DNA of 64,000 nt from an uncultured Gammaproteobacteria bacterium (GCA_964417685.1 CAYQIT010000001.1:145157-209156); one strand, 5' to 3'. Shown: positions 1-8,984, counted from the stretch's first letter. Translations and numbers: made by a program. Notes: generated by a model not told the origin, from the letters alone.

Positions 1-2
1 AA

Positions 3-185
3 TTTGATTCAATAGTTGCTTTCGGTGATGGTATGAATGACTATCTTAATGGAGACCAATATATATATTCTGACGATAACCCTCACCTAGGTTATATGAT
101 TAGTAATTCTAAAAAAGAGTTTCACATACACAAGCATAGTGGTGGCATGGTTGTATATAAGTGTTCTTTTTCAGAAATATTATGA
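3..185 (+). CDS. 3' end of an upstream gene (5'-truncated by window edge), hypothetical protein
   Basis: Frame 3 is open from the window edge to TGA at 183-185 (..FGDGMNDYLNGDQYIYSDDNPHLGYM..KCSFSEIL*). It is absent from the ORF track because it has no start in the window. No family recognised. Confidence 0.35.
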   Translation, partial: FDSIVAFGDGMNDYLNGDQYIYSDDNPHLGYMISNSKKEFHIHKHSGGMVVYKCSFSEIL

Positions 186-358
186 TAATTGATAAAAATG
201 ATGAGCTTATCTCAGAAATTTTTAAATCCATAAATTCAAAAAATATTTCTACAGAAGAATTATTAGCTCATCTAAAGAAAAGAAAAGAATTAAAAAATAT
301 TGAAGATAAAAAAATAAAAGAGTCTATTAAGATAATAAAAGCTCTTAAAGAAACTTAA
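182..358 (+). CDS. small Lys/Glu-rich hypothetical protein (58 aa from ATG 182; track ORF starts at GTG 161)
   Basis: ATG at 182-184 overlaps the upstream TGA (183-185) in an ATGA junction typical of translational coupling. The ORF is followed by a hairpin terminator. No family recognised. Confidence 0.35.
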   Translation: MIIDKNDELISEIFKSINSKNISTEELLAHLKKRKELKNIEDKKIKESIKIIKALKET

Positions 359-380
359 TTGTCTTTAAGAGCTTTTAATT
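341..380. terminator. bidirectional intrinsic terminator between convergent genes
   Basis: GCTCTTAAAGA (341-351) pairs with TCTTTAAGAGC (362-372), followed by TTTTAATTT. It sits between the + ORF ending at 358 and the - ORF ending at 385. Confidence 0.6.
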
Positions 381-384
381 TATA

Positions 385-3300
385 TTAATTCTCTACTTTG
401 AAGCTATTAGCGGGAACGCTAAAGCTCTTACCATCACTGTAACTAACTGTTATAGGGTTGTTTTCATAATTGTATGCTACATATGTAGTAACCCCATTTT
501 TCTTAAATGCTACAGCTGCAGGATGATTTGAAGTTAAATCACCAGTACCAGTTTGGATATGGCCTAACTTATTAAAGGTATGAATCCAGTGATAAGTATG
601 AGCTTTTGACTCACCAGCTTCGTTGTCATAGTTAGATGACATAGTATTATAGTCAGCAATGGCAGTTTCCGGATCCACCATAGCTATTAAATTCCACCAT
701 AAATCACGCCACTGATCTTCAGGAAGACCAGATGGTTTGCCATTAGAAGATTCTCTTAAGCCAAGCTCAATATAATCCATCATATAATCTTTATACTGAC
801 TTACATGAAAGATTAATGGATTTGAAGGGAGTCCTTGAATACCGAGTATGTGAGCATAAGCTGGACTAAACCATGTTGAAAAATCTGCTCCACTGCTCCA
901 AATAATTGAAGTCGTTACATTAGGATAACCTTGTATGAAATTTTTATAATCATCGCCCACACCATTATATCCATCAATATCATTCCAATATTGCCAGTAA
1001 GCATTTGATGTAGATGTATGCAAATAAATACCCTTATTAACAAGATCATCATTGCCTGTAATCAATCCATATAAAATAATTGCACCATATGAATTTGCAG
1101 CCTCGGAGGTAGATTCATTATTATTACCTTGAAGAGCGTCAGCCTTACCATCAGCCCATGAGAAACCATTAGCAGGATCAAAATTTCTATAGGTAGGGAA
1201 CATATCATCATTGTCTCCACCTGCATAATCCCTAATTAATAATTCAATCATTGGACCATATTGATCGCTTCCACACCAGGATTTATCAGTTCTACAGATT
1301 TCAGCTGCTGCACGAACAAAATATCCATAATGAAAGTGATGATCAGCTAATCTTTGATGAGATCCATACGCCTCTTCAATTCCAAGAATAGTATCCCAGT
1401 CATCATCGTATACAAAATAACGCAGTTCATCTATTTCACCATCAGTTTCTGCTGTAAACCAATCTTCTAATTCAGACTTTAACCAAGACGTTAACACTTC
1501 AGCTTCTTCATTAAGACCAATGGTTTTTGCAATAGCAATTACTTCTGCAGCTTTACCATATGCTTTACCAGACCAATAGGTATCGTTAGTTATCTCTCTA
1601 TTTATCCAGCTTGTCTCTCCTGCATTCACAAAATCTTTGACTAATTGCTCTAATATATTTTGATCATATGTATTTTCAGTTGCTGGAAGGGTTGGTAATA
1701 CTCCAACATAAGGCATGGTGTAATTAAAAGAGCCTGTTTCAGCAAACTTTATAATACCTCTAGCACTTCTAATCTTGTAATTTGAAGTTTGTTGATTTGA
1801 AAATTTCCAATGCATAGGATGCATACCGACAATTGTATCGGCAGCATTACCATTTTTATCAAAATAATTATGCGTCACTGTAACAGAGTTATTTTCCCTA
1901 TTAACTGAATAATCAATATCTACAGAGGCGACTATGTTCCTTGCCTTACTAACAAAGTAGTCAGACATAGAAACTCCAGGCTCACCAGATATTGTGGGTA
2001 TATATGAGACAGTAAATTCTCCAGTTGAATTTGAAATACCAATTTGATCACTTGAGGTATTTGTATAAGTCGTAACTCCTTCACCGGTAATAACAAAATT
2101 GTTTCTATTGCCGGCTACATTAGTCCAAACACCAAGACTATCACCACTTTCATAAAAAATTCCTTTTTCACCACCATTAGATCTAAGGGTCTTAATAATA
2201 GGGCTGCCATCATAAACTTTGAAATATACATATGGAGATCCATGAATAAACGTTGCCTCCATTACATCGGTATTGCCAGCTTTCCACATAACAGTTGCTG
2301 AGCCATCACTATAGTCCTTAAGATAAGCATCCATACTTCCATAAGCTGAATTAGCTATAGCTATACCATCAAATACTTCTGCAAATGGGTCGCCACCAAC
2401 ATATTGAGGGTAGCAATTTGCACATAATCCTCCAGCAAGTTTAAAACCGCCTGGTAGCCCCATAATTCTTGCGCCAGCATTACTCACTCTAGTCCTTATT
2501 GGATCGGCAGTAACATGAGCTCCACCGTTTGTGTCGCCAAGTTGCATTTCACCTATAAATGGAATTGATCCCCACCATCTATGTGTTGCAATAATTTTAC
2601 TTGCAGCAGGCTCTACAACTTGTGGAATTACTTTTGTAGGACTACCAACTGGGGTACCATTATTTTGTCCACTTGGAATATCGCATCCTGGAACACCTGG
2701 TTCAACTACACCAGCGTTATAGACCCAAAAACCATAATCATTTACACATCTATAACTATTAAGATTTATTGATGTTGAAACACTGCCAGCACCATAAGTA
2801 AGAATGTCATAGTCACCAGTGTTTCCGCCTCCACCGCCACCGCCATCATTTGGACCTGAAGGAGGAGTTGCGCCCTCTTTTATGCCTGTATAACGAATAT
2901 TATCGATTTGATAAACTAGGTTTTCACCAGTTTGAAAAGATGGAAAAAATACTAATGGAACTGTAATGGCTGATAAGTTTAGAGCTCCACTTTGAGACAA
3001 TTTTGTAACAGGAAAATTAACCGTTTCCCATGATCCGTCAGCAATAATTCCTTCAACAGCTAATTCTCCTGAATTTTCAGAACCACTTTCAACTTTTAAT
3101 AAAAACCCGTTAGGAAGATTGTCATCTCCTTTGTTCGTTACTTTAATATCGAAAGATAAAGTTCCTTCAGAGTAATCACTAAGATTAACAGAAGAAGTTG
3201 GCCCAACAACCAAACCTGCATGCCCTGCATTTGCCTTATAAACAACCTCAAGAACATTGCCCCTACTTGAACCTGAATCTACATATGACCAATCAACACT

Positions 3301-4035
3301 CTGACAAGAATCTGATTTACATGATTGATATCCATTAAGTTCATCAAAGAAAAATAAATTATCATCACCACCCCATATTTCTGCAACAGCACCATCTCCA
3401 ATAATATGAACATCAAGGTCTTCAGTTTGCTCACCCTCAACAACAACAGATACTGATTCTGTTACAAGTATTTCTTTAGCGCCTGTGCAAGATAAATCAA
3501 ATGTATAAGTTTTGACTTGTGTTAGTTGAATGGTTTCAGTTCCATTTAGTTCTTTTGTACCATTCCAGTCTCCATCAGCTGTACATTCGGTTGTGTTTAA
3601 TGTTGACCAACTTAAGGTAATTGATTCATTAGCACTAATTGATTGCGCAGATGCAGTAAATGAATCAATAGTTGGATTAGGTAATGCACTTACTTGTACA
3701 TTAATAGAAGAAACTGCATTTGTTGTACCTGACGCTCCTGAACAAGTTAGTGTGAAAGTATATGTTTTAACTTCGCTCAATTGAATTGATTCGCTGCCTG
3801 AGGTCGATTTAGTTCCATTCCAGTCTCCACTAGCTGAACATGAATTAGCATTTGTTGAAGACCAATTTAAAGATATTGATTCTCCCTCAAGTATGGATGA
3901 GGATGAAGATAAAAATGATGTTATTGATGGGTTTGTTGGCGAGGGAGGATTTGGAGTTTCAGTTGAACCTCCACCGCCACCACCACCACAAGAAACCAAT
4001 AATATTGAAAGTAAAAGAGGGGAAATTTTATGCAT
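385..4035 (-). CDS. multidomain lipoprotein with C-terminal GH81 endo-beta-1,3-glucanase (laminarinase) region
   Basis: 1216 aa with a signal peptide and lipobox LLVSC followed by a Gly7 linker. Two tandem ~80-aa Ig-like repeats precede a beta-sandwich CBM-like region (..TLSFDIKV..LVYQIDNIRY) and a second Gly7 linker. The C-terminal ~700 aa carry GH81 signatures DHHFHYGY (nt 1321-1344) and NESTSEA (nt 1099-1116). Confidence 0.8.
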   Translation of the reverse strand: MHKISPLLLSILLVSCGGGGGGGSTETPNPPSPTNPSITSFLSSSSSILEGESISLNWSSTNANSCSASGDWNGTKSTSGSESIQLSEVKTYTFTLTCSGASGTTNAVSSINVQVSALPNPTIDSFTASAQSISANESITLSWSTLNTTECTADGDWNGTKELNGTETIQLTQVKTYTFDLSCTGAKEILVTESVSVVVEGEQTEDLDVHIIGDGAVAEIWGGDDNLFFFDELNGYQSCKSDSCQSVDWSYVDSGSSRGNVLEVVYKANAGHAGLVVGPTSSVNLSDYSEGTLSFDIKVTNKGDDNLPNGFLLKVESGSENSGELAVEGIIADGSWETVNFPVTKLSQSGALNLSAITVPLVFFPSFQTGENLVYQIDNIRYTGIKEGATPPSGPNDGGGGGGGNTGDYDILTYGAGSVSTSINLNSYRCVNDYGFWVYNAGVVEPGVPGCDIPSGQNNGTPVGSPTKVIPQVVEPAASKIIATHRWWGSIPFIGEMQLGDTNGGAHVTADPIRTRVSNAGARIMGLPGGFKLAGGLCANCYPQYVGGDPFAEVFDGIAIANSAYGSMDAYLKDYSDGSATVMWKAGNTDVMEATFIHGSPYVYFKVYDGSPIIKTLRSNGGEKGIFYESGDSLGVWTNVAGNRNNFVITGEGVTTYTNTSSDQIGISNSTGEFTVSYIPTISGEPGVSMSDYFVSKARNIVASVDIDYSVNRENNSVTVTHNYFDKNGNAADTIVGMHPMHWKFSNQQTSNYKIRSARGIIKFAETGSFNYTMPYVGVLPTLPATENTYDQNILEQLVKDFVNAGETSWINREITNDTYWSGKAYGKAAEVIAIAKTIGLNEEAEVLTSWLKSELEDWFTAETDGEIDELRYFVYDDDWDTILGIEEAYGSHQRLADHHFHYGYFVRAAAEICRTDKSWCGSDQYGPMIELLIRDYAGGDNDDMFPTYRNFDPANGFSWADGKADALQGNNNESTSEAANSYGAIILYGLITGNDDLVNKGIYLHTSTSNAYWQYWNDIDGYNGVGDDYKNFIQGYPNVTTSIIWSSGADFSTWFSPAYAHILGIQGLPSNPLIFHVSQYKDYMMDYIELGLRESSNGKPSGLPEDQWRDLWWNLIAMVDPETAIADYNTMSSNYDNEAGESKAHTYHWIHTFNKLGHIQTGTGDLTSNHPAAVAFKKNGVTTYVAYNYENNPITVSYSDGKSFSVPANSFKVEN
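3439..3930 (-). repeat. intragenic tandem duplication encoding two Ig-like modules of the GH81 lipoprotein
   Basis: aa 36-116 read PSITSF..ESISLNWSS..C.ASGDWNGTK..IQL.EVKTYTFTLTCSG. aa 121-199 read PTIDSF..ESITLSWST..CTADGDWNGTK..IQLTQVKTYTFDLSCTG. Confidence 0.75.
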
Positions 4036-4141
4036 TTTTATATGTATATTTAAAGATAAAAAAATTATATATGTTATATATGTATTGTAAATAACTTATA
4101 AGCAAAGAAAGATAAAGTTATTTTTTGTAAAAAATTTACAA

Positions 4142-5815
4142 TTAGAATCCAACAGCATGGCCATCTTTTCTTGATTCAGAAGCGCCATAATAGACACCAT
4201 CTTTGTACATGATTGCCTGGTATCCACCAAAGATTCCTTTTTCATACTTAATAACATGACCCTTTTCTCTAAGTTCCTCTATGATAATATCTTTGAATGA
4301 AGATTCTAAAGATAAATATCCTCCATTAATCATAGATTCTCCAGTCGGCTGACTTGATCCAGAGTGAACTATTCTTGGCGCATCACCCGCCTCCTGAAGA
4401 TTTAAATCAAAATCAATAATATTTATAGCAATCTGTGCATGAGCTTGTGGTTGGGTGGCACCACCCATAACCCCAAAACTTACAAAGGGTTTATTATTTT
4501 TAGTTATAAATGCTGGAATAATAGTGTGAAAAGGTCTCTTGCCACCAACTAGCGCATTCGCATGATTCTTATCTAAATTGAATAGCTCTCCCCTATTTTG
4601 TAACATAAAGCCCAAGCCCGGCGGAACCATACCTGAGCCCATTCCACGATAGTTACTTTGTATAAGAGATACCATATTACCCTCTTTATCTGCAGTGGTG
4701 AGGTAGATTGTGTCTCCTTCAATTAGAATGCCAGGATCATCCGTAAGAGAGGCTTTTGTTGGATGAATTAATTTACGCCTTTTTTCAGCATATTCTTTTG
4801 AAATTAAATAATTAACATCGATATTATTAAAATTAGGATCAGCATAAAATTTGGCTCTATCTGCAAATGCAAGTTTCTTTGCTTCTGTAAATAAATGAAT
4901 ATACTCACTACTTTGAAGACCCATACTTTTAATATCATATTTTTCTAATAAGTTTAGAATTTGTAATGCAGCTATTCCCTGACCATTTGGTGGAAGTTCC
5001 CAAATATCATAGCCACGATAGTTAGTTGATAATGGCTCTACCCACTCTGAGTGAAACTCAGCTAAATCCTCTGTGGTCAGGAAACCTCCATTATCAATAA
5101 TAAAATCACTCATTATTTTTGCTATTTCACCCTCATAAAAACTTGATCTTTTATTTTTTGCAATATTTTTTAAAGTTTTTGCCAACGCTGGATTTTTAAA
5201 AACATCTCCTTTTCTTAGAGTTGAATTGGATGGCATCCAAACTTTTTTAAAATTTGGGTATTCTTTAAACCGCTCTGATGACAGCTCTAAATAATATGCA
5301 ACCGTTTCAGTTATTGGGAAGCCATTTTGGGCGTATTCAATCGTAGGTTCAAATAATGATTCGAATTTAGTCTTTCCAAATCTCTCATGCAATTTAATCC
5401 AACCGTCGACAACACCTGGTACAGAAACTGGAAGTGAACCATACGATGGAATTTTATCAATGCCTTTATCTGTAAAATATTTAATACTTATATTTTTTGG
5501 AGCTGGTCCACTAGCATTTAACCCATACAATTTTTTAGTTTTTGCATCCCAAATGATTACAAAAAGGTCTCCACCAATACCATTACCTGTTGGCTCCATT
5601 AAACCAAGTGCGATATTTGCTGCAATAGCAGCATCAATTGCATTTCCACCATTTTTTAAAATATCTAAACCAATTTGTGATGCTAGTGGATGACTTGTGG
5701 CAACCATTCCGTTTTGGGCAATAACTTCTGATCTACTTGCAAATTCTTCACCAGCGATTCTATCAAATGCATATAAATTAAAAGACATTAGTAAAAAAAG
5801 TAATTTATGTTTCAT
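4142..5815 (-). CDS. ggt: gamma-glutamyltranspeptidase
   Basis: GGT family pattern throughout, including the autoprocessing/nucleophile Thr region GDTIYLTTADKEGNMVSLIQSNY and GGATQPQ. The likely start is MKHKLLFLLMSF (ATG at 5815), which gives a signal peptide and has an AAGGAA SD. The track ORF extends to 5845. Confidence 0.9.
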   Translation of the reverse strand: MKHKLLFLLMSFNLYAFDRIAGEEFASRSEVIAQNGMVATSHPLASQIGLDILKNGGNAIDAAIAANIALGLMEPTGNGIGGDLFVIIWDAKTKKLYGLNASGPAPKNISIKYFTDKGIDKIPSYGSLPVSVPGVVDGWIKLHERFGKTKFESLFEPTIEYAQNGFPITETVAYYLELSSERFKEYPNFKKVWMPSNSTLRKGDVFKNPALAKTLKNIAKNKRSSFYEGEIAKIMSDFIIDNGGFLTTEDLAEFHSEWVEPLSTNYRGYDIWELPPNGQGIAALQILNLLEKYDIKSMGLQSSEYIHLFTEAKKLAFADRAKFYADPNFNNIDVNYLISKEYAEKRRKLIHPTKASLTDDPGILIEGDTIYLTTADKEGNMVSLIQSNYRGMGSGMVPPGLGFMLQNRGELFNLDKNHANALVGGKRPFHTIIPAFITKNNKPFVSFGVMGGATQPQAHAQIAINIIDFDLNLQEAGDAPRIVHSGSSQPTGESMINGGYLSLESSFKDIIIEELREKGHVIKYEKGIFGGYQAIMYKDGVYYGASESRKDGHAVGF

Positions 5816-5828
5816 ATAAAAATATTCC

Positions 5829-5990
5829 TTATAGACTAGGTTCATTCAGAAAAAAATAAACTAGAATCGCAACCACTGAAATTAATACAAATTTTAAATT
5901 GTTATTTATTTTTGTATTTAATATAAACAATATTGAGGTGCTTATAAGTAATAGTGCAAAAAAATAGTTTACTAATTCTAAATAATACAT
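5829..5990 (-). CDS. small two-TM membrane protein (53 aa), hypothetical
   Basis: MYYLELVNYFFALLLISTSILFILNTK..FVLISVVAILVYFFLNEPSL*. It is below the track length cutoff and ends 13 nt before the ggt start. An open frame of this length in AT-rich (stop-rich) intergenic DNA is unlikely by chance, but no clear SD is present. Confidence 0.3.
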   Translation of the reverse strand: MYYLELVNYFFALLLISTSILFILNTKINNNLKFVLISVVAILVYFFLNEPSL

Positions 5991-6034
5991 AAGGTTCTTA
6001 ATAATATTAATAACTTTAAGTTATTATTGTAAAT

Positions 6035-6178
6035 ATGGATATAATTTTGGTAGTAATGTTTATTGCATTTATTTCTGGCATCTGGGTAGCATCTGAGGAT
6101 TTAGATTTAAAATATAGATTGTTAATAATTCTATTAACATCAATAATAATCCTCTTGTTAATTTCAGATGGCTATTAA
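6035..6178 (+). CDS. small two-TM membrane protein (47 aa), first gene of a coupled trio
   Basis: MDIILVVMFIAFISGIWVASEDLDLKYRLLIILLTSIIILLLISDGY*. Its TAA (6176-6178) abuts the ATG of the next ORF (6179). Confidence 0.35.
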   Translation: MDIILVVMFIAFISGIWVASEDLDLKYRLLIILLTSIIILLLISDGY

Positions 6179-6559
6179 ATGAAGTTATACCTATGCTTTA
6201 TAATACTAATTTTCCAATCTTATGTATCTGCAGAATTAAATACTTTTCACAATTGTGCTTTATCTGCTAAAGATTCTTTTTTCTTAACTGACAATTTTAA
6301 AAATAGGCCTATCAGCTTCTCAAATAATCCTATTGATGTTGAGGTTAAAAATTTACTCGCTAATAAACTAAATAAAAATGACCTTTTTTTGTTAAAAGAC
6401 CTAGACAAACTTTTTGACTGGGATAGAAGAAATGGAATGAAATATATATATAAAATTTTAGAGGTAATGGATAACAACTATAAAATCAATGAGAATGATG
6501 ATATTGAATTTAAGCATTACAAGAAAAAACATACCAATATTTGCATTACAATAGATTAA
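6179..6559 (+). CDS. secreted hypothetical protein (126 aa)
   Basis: N-terminal signal peptide MKLYLCFIILIFQSYVSA|E. Start and stop are coupled to both neighbours. No family recognised. Confidence 0.55.
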   Translation: MKLYLCFIILIFQSYVSAELNTFHNCALSAKDSFFLTDNFKNRPISFSNNPIDVEVKNLLANKLNKNDLFLLKDLDKLFDWDRRNGMKYIYKILEVMDNNYKINENDDIEFKHYKKKHTNICITID

Positions 6560-6560
6560 T

Positions 6561-7064
6561 ATGAAATATCTAATTCTAAAAACTGTACTTATCCTTCCAT
6601 TTATTTCTTATGCTCAAGATAGTTCAGACCTAAAAATTAAAGAAAATATAACCCATAAATGCGCTGTTGTAATCACTTCCAGAATAAATGACAACCAAGA
6701 CCCATATCAGTATGCATTAGATAGAATTAGGATGTGTAAAAAAGCAGATATCCTCTCTGTTAATAGCTTTTTAGATTCACTCACTACAAAAGTTTATTTC
6801 AATGACTTAATGAGAGGTTTTTGTGATTTTGAAAAACAAATCATTACAGACGTTAACAAAGACTCATCTAGTCTAAGTTGTGTTCATGTGGGTAAAGAAA
6901 GGCCTAGAAGAAATTTAAAACTTCCTTTAAGCCTTAATAAAAATAATAAAACTACCTATTACAAACCTGACTATAGAGGCGGCGCTCATGATCAATTTGC
7001 CCCCGGTTGGAATAATGATCCAACACCATTAAAAGAACCCGGCCCATCTGGAACAAGGCCTTAA
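6561..7064 (+). CDS. secreted Cys-containing hypothetical protein (167 aa)
   Basis: Signal peptide ..LPFISYA|QD, five Cys residues and a Pro/Gly-rich C-terminal tail (PGWNNDPTPLKEPGPSGTRP). It starts 1 nt after the previous stop. No family recognised. Confidence 0.6.
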   Translation: MKYLILKTVLILPFISYAQDSSDLKIKENITHKCAVVITSRINDNQDPYQYALDRIRMCKKADILSVNSFLDSLTTKVYFNDLMRGFCDFEKQIITDVNKDSSSLSCVHVGKERPRRNLKLPLSLNKNNKTTYYKPDYRGGAHDQFAPGWNNDPTPLKEPGPSGTRP

Positions 7065-7072
7065 AGTTTAGT

Positions 7073-7450
7073 TCAGACTAAATTACAAGCCATCCAGGCA
7101 ATTGCACCAATAGATGGAAGCCACACAAGTGGTCTGATCAAAGGGATTGTATATACATTAAATACAGATCCTAGAAGATAAATTATTCTAGAAAATAACC
7201 ATACATGCATTGGCAGTGAATTATCAACACCCAACTGTATAGATAGAATTGATAATGCCAGAAATAAAGGTAGCGTTTCTTTAAGATTATCAGCAGATAA
7301 GGCTAATCTTTTTGAAAGCTCTGTTTTGCCTGATACATCACCCCCAATATATGTGAAGTCCTTAAAAGGCACTTTATGCAATGAAAAAATCATTGGCAAA
7401 AAAAGATTTAACAAGGAAAAGAAAACAACAATAATTAATATATCAATCAT
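7073..7450 (-). CDS. MAPEG-family membrane protein (glutathione-transferase-like)
   Basis: 125 aa with 3-4 TM helices. The motif SADNLKETLPLFLALSIL resembles the MAPEG N..E..P.F signature. Confidence 0.5.
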   Translation of the reverse strand: MIDILIIVVFFSLLNLFLPMIFSLHKVPFKDFTYIGGDVSGKTELSKRLALSADNLKETLPLFLALSILSIQLGVDNSLPMHVWLFSRIIYLLGSVFNVYTIPLIRPLVWLPSIGAIAWMACNLV

Positions 7451-7511
7451 AATTTTAAGAAAATTTAACTAGTACCTAATATCTTAATGAATATCTTAAT
7501 TTTATAAAAGC

Positions 7512-7664
7512 TTAATCATTAAGCTCATCATCTAGAGATTTTAACTCCTCCTCATCCATATCTTCTTCATAAACAATCTCAGAATTATTTTTAGATATTA
7601 AATAAGAGGCTATTAAATAAACCACTAAAACGGTTACAAAAATTCCTATTAGTTGAAGCAACAT
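7512..7664 (-). CDS. small single-TM protein with acidic tail (50 aa), hypothetical
   Basis: MLLQLIGIFVTVLVVYLIASYLISKNNSEIVYEEDMDEEELKSLDDELND*. An AAGGTGA SD lies ~6 nt upstream of the ATG. It is below the track cutoff. Confidence 0.4.
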   Translation of the reverse strand: MLLQLIGIFVTVLVVYLIASYLISKNNSEIVYEEDMDEEELKSLDDELND

Positions 7665-7719
7665 ATAATCACCTTTAATTATTGTGTCATATAATAATAT
7701 ATGAAATATAGGATAAAAA

Positions 7720-8280
7720 ATGAATAAATTATTACAAATACTTCAAAATAGAACATCTCATAGAAGCCTTATAGAACCACATCCAACTTCTGATGAGATG
7801 GCAGAAGTATATAAAACTGCATTAAGATCTCCAGATCATGCTTGGTTAAAACCTTCAAGGTTTATAGAAGTTACTGGTGAGGGATTAACTAAGCTATCTG
7901 ATATATTTTATACTTTTGCTAAAGATCATCTTAATATTTCTGATCCAGATATATTGAATAAATACAAAAATGCTCCTTATAGAGCTCCGATGATTATTAT
8001 ATTAGTGACCAATCTTAAAGAACATCCAAAAGTTCCCTATATCGAACAAAAATTATCTACAGCAGCATCAGGTCAAAATATATTAAATGCATTAGAAATT
8101 CTGGGTTATTCAGGTATATGGAGGACAGGTAAATTAGCTTTTTCCTCTAAATTAGTAGATATGCTTGGATTAGATAGCAGTATGGAAATAGTAGGATTTT
8201 TATACATTGGAAGCAAAGAAGGTGAATCAAGAAAAATACCAGAAAGAAAAATTGAAGAATTTGTAACTAAATGGGATTAG
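7720..8280 (+). CDS. NAD(P)H nitroreductase, YdjA-like
   Basis: The N-terminus RTSHRSL.EP.PT..E......AL.SPDH..LKP.RFIEV matches the YdjA-type nitroreductase pattern. Size is 186 aa. Confidence 0.8.
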   Translation: MNKLLQILQNRTSHRSLIEPHPTSDEMAEVYKTALRSPDHAWLKPSRFIEVTGEGLTKLSDIFYTFAKDHLNISDPDILNKYKNAPYRAPMIIILVTNLKEHPKVPYIEQKLSTAASGQNILNALEILGYSGIWRTGKLAFSSKLVDMLGLDSSMEIVGFLYIGSKEGESRKIPERKIEEFVTKWD

Positions 8281-8975
8281 ATTTTAATTTTCTTTACTCC
8301 AGATAATTGATCCTCAAGAACCTCACCACTATTTAATTTCACATCATACGTGTCATTGCTATCTTTAAATGCTACCGAATATGTTGGCTTACCATCAATC
8401 ATATGCAATGCATTGAATCCTTCAATAGATATACAAGAGTCTATTGAATTTGATTTTAGAACTTTTGCAACATAAGGCCTTCGATTTGGCTCTTCATCAT
8501 AATGTGGGCAGCAAACCCCCTCAACAAATCCCAAGCAATCTAGAATAGCAAGATCATGAGCCCATGAATCTGTAATACCTTTTTCAAACCAACAAATTGC
8601 TCCAGCGCTTACTCCGGACATAATAATTCCTTTGTCATATGCCTCTTTTAAAATAATATCTAAGCCCCAGTCTTTCCATACAGCTAACATGCTCTTGGTA
8701 TTACCACCGCCTACAAAAATTATATCTTGAGCAAGAATATGCTCTCTGAGATTAATGGTTCTTTTAAAAAGGGATATGTCAGATGGTATGCAATCAATTG
8801 AATTAAATGCCCTATAAAAATTATTTATATAACCATTATCATCACCAGTAGCAGTTGGAATAAAGCATACTTTAGGATTTTTTGCAGAAGATTGGCTAGC
8901 AATGTATTTTTCTATTTTTAGTTCACCTAGAGATCTACCAAATCCCCCGCCACCTATCGATATGATTTGCTTCAT
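8277..8975 (-). CDS. peptidase S51 family (dipeptidase E / cyanophycinase-like)
   Basis: VGGGNTKSML..  and the nucleophile motif MSGVSAGAICW are typical of S51 peptidases. Confidence 0.75.
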   Translation of the reverse strand: MKQIISIGGGGFGRSLGELKIEKYIASQSSAKNPKVCFIPTATGDDNGYINNFYRAFNSIDCIPSDISLFKRTINLREHILAQDIIFVGGGNTKSMLAVWKDWGLDIILKEAYDKGIIMSGVSAGAICWFEKGITDSWAHDLAILDCLGFVEGVCCPHYDEEPNRRPYVAKVLKSNSIDSCISIEGFNALHMIDGKPTYSVAFKDSNDTYDVKLNSGEVLEDQLSGVKKIKI

Positions 8976-8984
8976 AATTTTTCC

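Noticed and set aside
2531-2772. Two + strand ORFs (2531-2722, 2581-2772), and similar ones at 3530-3784, 3852-4094 and 3893-4090.
   Set aside because: They lie antisense within, or run over the start of, the 1216-aa GH81 gene. Their composition is low-complexity and repetitive and no motifs are visible, so they are shadow ORFs of a long real gene.
3967-3987. GGN-codon runs encoding Gly7 (also at 2824-2844), considered as a possible slipped-strand phase-variation tract.
   Set aside because: The codons are mixed (GGT/GGC/GGA) rather than a pure repeat, and any slippage of 3-nt units would only change linker length. They are most simply flexible linkers.
4117-4133. TTGTAAA-AAA-TTTACAA hairpin downstream of ggt, considered as a terminator.
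   Set aside because: The stem is A/T only apart from one G:C pair, and on the ggt (minus) strand it is followed by A rather than T residues. This is too weak to call.
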